Origin: Maritimibacter sp.
Lineage (GTDB): Bacteria > Pseudomonadota > Alphaproteobacteria > Rhodobacterales > Rhodobacteraceae
Assembly: GCA_964230745.1 (NCBI GenBank)
Contig: CAXRHZ010000041.1
Location: forward strand, 87,280-151,279
Length of the DNA stretch: 64,000 bases
Direction: 5' to 3'
The notes beneath the pieces are model-generated. The model saw only the letters and a list, made by a program, of their open reading frames with translations. It made no database searches and was not told the origin of the DNA. The position numbers and the translations under genes were made by a program. Positions within the stretch are counted from its first letter, which is position 1; each line of letters begins with the position of its first letter. Positions 59,632-64,000 of the stretch are shown in pieces.

Positions 59632-61637
59632 CAGACACGCAGAGCACGCCCGGCGCCGAAGTGGTGCAACCCCGCTTCGTGCTGGGCCTGATCTCCGTCG
59701 TCGGGATCGCGCTGTCGCTGTTTCAGCTCTACGCGGCAGGCATCCAGCCGCTGGGCCTGTTCTACCAGCGCCCGATCCACCTCGGCTTCATCCTCGTCCT
59801 GTGTTTCCTGATCTACCCGGTCTTCGGAAAGCATCGCCCGCGCGGGGTGGGCGGCTGGCTCATCGACGGGCCGCTGATCCTGTGCGGCGTGCTCGTGGGC
59901 TTCTGGGTGCCCTACAACATCGACACGATCGCGAACGCGATCTTCCCGCGCACCATCGACGTGGCCGTCGGCATCGTCTCGGTCCTCGTGGTTCTGGAGG
60001 CGGCGCGGCGTGCCGTGGGGCTGGTCCTCACGATCATCGGCGCGATCTTCGTGGTCTATGCCTTCGCCGGTGTCAGGGGGGAGCTTCCGTGGCTCGCAGA
60101 CCTCATGCCCGGCATTCTCAATCACCGCGGCTATTCCATAGACCGTGTGGCGAGCCAGCTCACGCTCGGGGCCGAGGGGCTCTTCGGTATTCCGCTGGGG
60201 GTCGCTGCGACGTTCATCTTCATCTTCGTCCTGTTCGGGGCGCTGCTGGAGGTGACGGGGGCCGGGCGGTTTTTCATCGACCTCGCCTATGCCGCGACGG
60301 GGCGCCAGCGTGGCGGGCCGGCCAAGGCCGCCGTCATCGCGTCGGCGGGCATGGGGTCGATCTCCGGCTCCGCCATCGCCAACGTGGTTACGACGGGCGC
60401 CTTCACCATCCCGCTGATGAAGAAACTTGGCTACCGCCCCGCGCAGGCCGGCGGAATCGAGGCGGCAGCCTCCACCGGCGGGCAGATCATGCCGCCGCTG
60501 ATGGGCGCGGGCGCCTTCCTGATGAGCGAGTTCACGCGGGTGCCCTATATCGAGATCGTCCTCGTCTCGATTTTCCCGGCGATGCTGTATTTTGGTTCGG
60601 TCTACCTGCTCGTCCATATCGCGGCCGTGAAACTGGGCCTGAAGGGCATCGCACAAGCCGACCTGCCGCTCGTGCGCGACGTGCTGGCGAAGGGCTGGCA
60701 CTTCCTGCTCCCGCTCGTCGTGCTCGTCTATTTCCTCGTCGCGGGTTATTCGCCGCTGCGCGTCGGGTTCTTCGCGGTCGTCTCGGTCGCTGCGGCCGCC
60801 GTCGGGCGGGCGCTGTGGGATTTCCTGCGTGACGGGCCAACGCTGACCAAGGCGCGCGACCTCGGCGCACGGGGCCTCGCGCTCACGCTGCAGGCGCTCG
60901 AACTTGGCGCGCGCAATGCGGTGGCCGTGTCGATGGCCTGTGCCGTAGCCGGAATCATCGTGGGTGTCGTCGGGCTCACCGGACTGGGGCTCAAGTTCTC
61001 GGCCATGATGCTCGCCTTCTCGGGCGGCAACATGCTCCTTGCGTTGCTGCTTGTCATCATCGCGAGCCTGATCCTCGGCATGGGGCTGCCGGTCACGGCG
61101 GCCTACATCGTGCTCATCATCCTCGTCGGCCCCGCGCTCACCAACGAGTTCGGCGTGCCGCTCCTCATCGCGCATTTGGTGGTATTCTGGTATTCGCAGG
61201 ACTCGAACGTGACACCCCCCGTGGCGCTCGCGGGATTCGCGGGGTCCGCCATCGCGGGATCGAAGCCCATGGAGACGAGTTTCCAGGCATGGAAATATGC
61301 CAAGGGCCTCTACCTCATCCCGCTGTTCATGGTCTTCAACGAGGTCATCATCATCGGCGGTCCGGTCCCGCTCGTCATCTGGAACGGGGCGCTCGCCATC
61401 GTCGGGCTTGTCGCCTTCGCCGCGATGCTCGAGGGTTTCCTCTTCGGACCCATGCCGATCTGGCAGCGCGTCCTGCTGGCCCCGGCCATCGTCGCGGTGT
61501 TCTGGCCCTCGCTCCAGGTCGAGGCGGCCGGGGCGGCGGCCATCGTGGTCATCCTCGGTCTGAACTGGCTTGCGAGAGGGCGCGGGGACGTGACAGGAGA
61601 GGCGGACAACCCGGAGCCTGCCCATGACCAAGCCTGA
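59628..61637 (+). CDS. TAXI-TRAP fused permease (DctQM)
   Basis: GGPAKAAV, SGSAIANV.TTG, EAAASTGGQIMPP.MGA, LGMGLP, TPPVALA. Confidence 0.93.
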   Translation: MTDTQSTPGAEVVQPRFVLGLISVVGIALSLFQLYAAGIQPLGLFYQRPIHLGFILVLCFLIYPVFGKHRPRGVGGWLIDGPLILCGVLVGFWVPYNIDTIANAIFPRTIDVAVGIVSVLVVLEAARRAVGLVLTIIGAIFVVYAFAGVRGELPWLADLMPGILNHRGYSIDRVASQLTLGAEGLFGIPLGVAATFIFIFVLFGALLEVTGAGRFFIDLAYAATGRQRGGPAKAAVIASAGMGSISGSAIANVVTTGAFTIPLMKKLGYRPAQAGGIEAAASTGGQIMPPLMGAGAFLMSEFTRVPYIEIVLVSIFPAMLYFGSVYLLVHIAAVKLGLKGIAQADLPLVRDVLAKGWHFLLPLVVLVYFLVAGYSPLRVGFFAVVSVAAAAVGRALWDFLRDGPTLTKARDLGARGLALTLQALELGARNAVAVSMACAVAGIIVGVVGLTGLGLKFSAMMLAFSGGNMLLALLLVIIASLILGMGLPVTAAYIVLIILVGPALTNEFGVPLLIAHLVVFWYSQDSNVTPPVALAGFAGSAIAGSKPMETSFQAWKYAKGLYLIPLFMVFNEVIIIGGPVPLVIWNGALAIVGLVAFAAMLEGFLFGPMPIWQRVLLAPAIVAVFWPSLQVEAAGAAAIVVILGLNWLARGRGDVTGEADNPEPAHDQA

Positions 61638-62889
61638 AATATCCCCCGCGCTGCTGAACGACGTCCGCGCACGCTTCGCCCATGTCGAGACCTGCCCCTT
61701 CGAGGGCGAGCGCGTGTTTTTCGAGAATGCCGGTGGTGCGCTGACGCTCAATTCGGTCGTCGAGACGTCGGCCCGCATGGCCGCGATTCCCGACAACCAG
61801 GGCCGGTCCAACGTTGCCTCGAAGGCGCTTCAGGACATGATCGACACGGCCAAGGCGGATATGGCCGTGTTCTTCAACGCGCCCGAGGGGCAGTTCTTCG
61901 TGGGCGAGAGCGGCACCGAGCTCCTCTTCCGCCTGATCCGCGCGGCCTGCCTCGGCAGCCCCAAGGGACGGGTGCTGGGGAGCACGCTAGAACACCCGGC
62001 GAGCCGGAGCGCCGCGGACCGATGGTCGAAGGTGGCGGGGAAGCCCTATTTCCTCGCAAGCCATGACGACGCGACGGGCTCCGTCACGGCCGATGACTAC
62101 GCGCAGCTGGTCACGCCGGACACGGTGGTCGCGACGATCCTGCACACTTCGCCCGTGACCGGAATCGGCGTTGACGTGGCGGCGATCGCCGCGCAGATCC
62201 GGGCGGTGGCGCCCGAGTGTTTCATCATCGTCGACGGCATCCAGCACGCGGCACACGGGCGGCTCGACATCGCGTCCTACGACATCGACGGCTATGTCAT
62301 CTCGCCCTACAAGGTGTTTTCGCGCCACGGCTACGGCGTCGCGTGGATGTCAGACAGGCTGGCCGCGCTGGGCCACGACACGCTGATCGGCTCGCCCACC
62401 GCACCGTGGGAACTCGGCACCCGCGACACGGGCGCCTATGCGACGTTTTCGGACGTCGTGGCCTATTTCGACTGGTTGGGCGGCGAGGTCTCCGACGCGA
62501 CGGACCGTCGGGCGCGTATCGTCGCGGCCGGGGAGGCGATCCATGCGCAGGAGGACGCACTCTGCCACGCCATGCTTCACGGCACGGGCAACCAGAAGGG
62601 GCTGGCGGACTACGAGGGCGTCACGATCCTGGGCGGCACGGACAACTCGGGGCGTGAGGGGCTTGTTTCCTTCGCGCTGGAGTCAGTGCCGGCCCCGGAC
62701 CTCGTCGACGGGCTGAACGCGCGCGGCATCCGGACGCATATCCGCAAGGCGGACCATTACTCCGGCAACATACTCGACCCGCTAGGCATGGCCCATTGCG
62801 TGCGCGTGTCCATGTGCCACTACAACTCGGAAGCCGAAGTGGCGCGCTTTCTCCAGGCCGTCGCGGAGATCGCCGAGGCGGCCGACTGA
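61624..62889 (+). CDS. class V aminotransferase, cysteine desulfurase-like
   Basis: FFENAGG, DGIQH..H, SPYKVF (PLP Lys), VRVSMCHYN; overlaps permease end. Confidence 0.85.
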   Translation: MTKPEISPALLNDVRARFAHVETCPFEGERVFFENAGGALTLNSVVETSARMAAIPDNQGRSNVASKALQDMIDTAKADMAVFFNAPEGQFFVGESGTELLFRLIRAACLGSPKGRVLGSTLEHPASRSAADRWSKVAGKPYFLASHDDATGSVTADDYAQLVTPDTVVATILHTSPVTGIGVDVAAIAAQIRAVAPECFIIVDGIQHAAHGRLDIASYDIDGYVISPYKVFSRHGYGVAWMSDRLAALGHDTLIGSPTAPWELGTRDTGAYATFSDVVAYFDWLGGEVSDATDRRARIVAAGEAIHAQEDALCHAMLHGTGNQKGLADYEGVTILGGTDNSGREGLVSFALESVPAPDLVDGLNARGIRTHIRKADHYSGNILDPLGMAHCVRVSMCHYNSEAEVARFLQAVAEIAEAAD

Positions 62890-62896
62890 GCCGGGC

Positions 62897-63658
62897 TCAG
62901 GCCGCCGCTTCGGGCGATTTGCCGAGGATGATCATGCCGAGGATGTCCTCGTCCGTCACTTCGCCGACATTCACCGTCCCCACGAGCTGACCGTTCTTCA
63001 TCACCGAGGCGCGGTCGCACAGGTCCATCACGGAATGCACGTCGTGCTCGATGAGGAAGATGCCGATGCCCTGTTCCTTGAGCTGGTTGATGAGCTCGGA
63101 GACCATCTGCGTCTCCTGCGGGCCGAGCGCCGCCGTGGGCTCGTCCATGATGAGGATTCGGGCGTTGAAATAGACCGCGCGGGCGATGGCGACCGACTGG
63201 CGCTGCCCGCCAGAGAGCGCCTTCACCGGGTCCTTGAACTTCTTGAAGTTCGAGTTGAGCCGACCCATGATCTTGCGCGTTTCGGCCTCCATCTGGGCGT
63301 CGTCCATGAAGCCCATCGGGGTGACAAGCTCCCGGCCAAGAAACAGGTTCGAGGCGGCGTCGAGGTTATCGGCTAGCGCGAGGGTCTGGTAGATCGTCTC
63401 GATGTTGTGCTTGCGGGCGTCGCGGGGGTTCTGGATGTCGACCTTTTCCCCGTCGATCAGGATTTCGCCCGCGTCCATCTTGTAGGCGCCCGACAGGCAC
63501 TTGATGAGTGTGGACTTGCCCGCGCCGTTGTGCCCCAGAAGGCCCACGACCTCGCCGGGGTAAAGGTCGACCGTGACGTGGTCGACCGCCTTGATTCCGC
63601 CGAAGGAGACCGACACGTCGCGCATTTCGACGAGGGGGGTTCCGCTTCTGTCAACCAT
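62897..63658 (-). CDS. sugar ABC transporter ATP-binding protein (single domain)
   Basis: [37 protein letters not shown]. Confidence 0.92.
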   Translation of the reverse strand: MVDRSGTPLVEMRDVSVSFGGIKAVDHVTVDLYPGEVVGLLGHNGAGKSTLIKCLSGAYKMDAGEILIDGEKVDIQNPRDARKHNIETIYQTLALADNLDAASNLFLGRELVTPMGFMDDAQMEAETRKIMGRLNSNFKKFKDPVKALSGGQRQSVAIARAVYFNARILIMDEPTAALGPQETQMVSELINQLKEQGIGIFLIEHDVHSVMDLCDRASVMKNGQLVGTVNVGEVTDEDILGMIILGKSPEAAA

Positions 63659-64000
63659 CACGCGTCTCCCGTCCGCTTGCGGTAGATGATGTCGATGAGC
63701 ACGGCCAGCACGAGGACGCCGCCCACGACGATGTTCTGGAACGGCGCATCGACGCCGACCATCGCCATGCCGGATTGCAACGACTGCATGATGAGCGCGC
63801 CCAGGATTGCGCCGTAGATCGTGCCGATGCCGCCTGCGAGCGCGGTGCCCCCGATGACGGCGGCGGCGATCACGCGCAATTCGTCCAGCGTGCCGATGTC
63901 GTTTGAGTGGAACGACAGGCGGGCCGAGGCCACGAGACCGGCGAGCGCGCACAGGACGCCCATGATCGCGAAAACCTTGACCGTCAGGAGCCGGGTGTTG
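63658..64000 (-). CDS. sugar ABC transporter permease (XylH/GguB-like), C-terminal part (runs off window end)
   Basis: [36 protein letters not shown]. Confidence 0.9.
   Translation of the reverse strand, partial: NTRLLTVKVFAIMGVLCALAGLVASARLSFHSNDIGTLDELRVIAAAVIGGTALAGGIGTIYGAILGALIMQSLQSGMAMVGVDAPFQNIVVGGVLVLAVLIDIIYRKRTGDA

Overview
High-GC alphaproteobacterial chromosome segment; gene content and order look like a Rhodobacteraceae/roseobacter-type organism (inferred from the proteins, not from a database search). About 1-41 kb is mostly core genome: trxB/Lrp, cspA, a cell-envelope block (CAP lipoprotein, L,D-transpeptidase, GH25, an orphan MotA/ExbB-like + MotB/OmpA-like pair with a very long coiled coil, M23 peptidase), clpA, gloB, the F1 ATP synthase operon atpHAGDC, prs, tRNA-Cys-pcm-tolC plus a PopZ-like acidic protein, cobQ, efp and ygfZ. 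A small decayed accessory patch (EAL protein, priming sugar transferase, SapC, two gene fragments, att-like signals) sits at the 3' end of tRNA-Cys. About 41-58 kb is a CoA-dependent catabolic island for an unknown carboxylate: TPP enzyme, TRAP transporter, TetR and IclR, acyl-CoA ligase, a non-canonical crotonase, two long+short acyl-CoA dehydrogenase pairs, SDR and acetoacetate-CoA ligase, with a shared 17-bp operator-like motif. It is followed by a TAXI-TRAP/class V aminotransferase operon and the end of a sugar ABC operon. No CRISPR array, rRNA, intact transposase or integrase was seen. Best candidates for an undescribed system: the catabolic island (possible alicyclic ring cleavage), the orphan stator-like pair, and the PopZ-like gene with a CtrA-like box.
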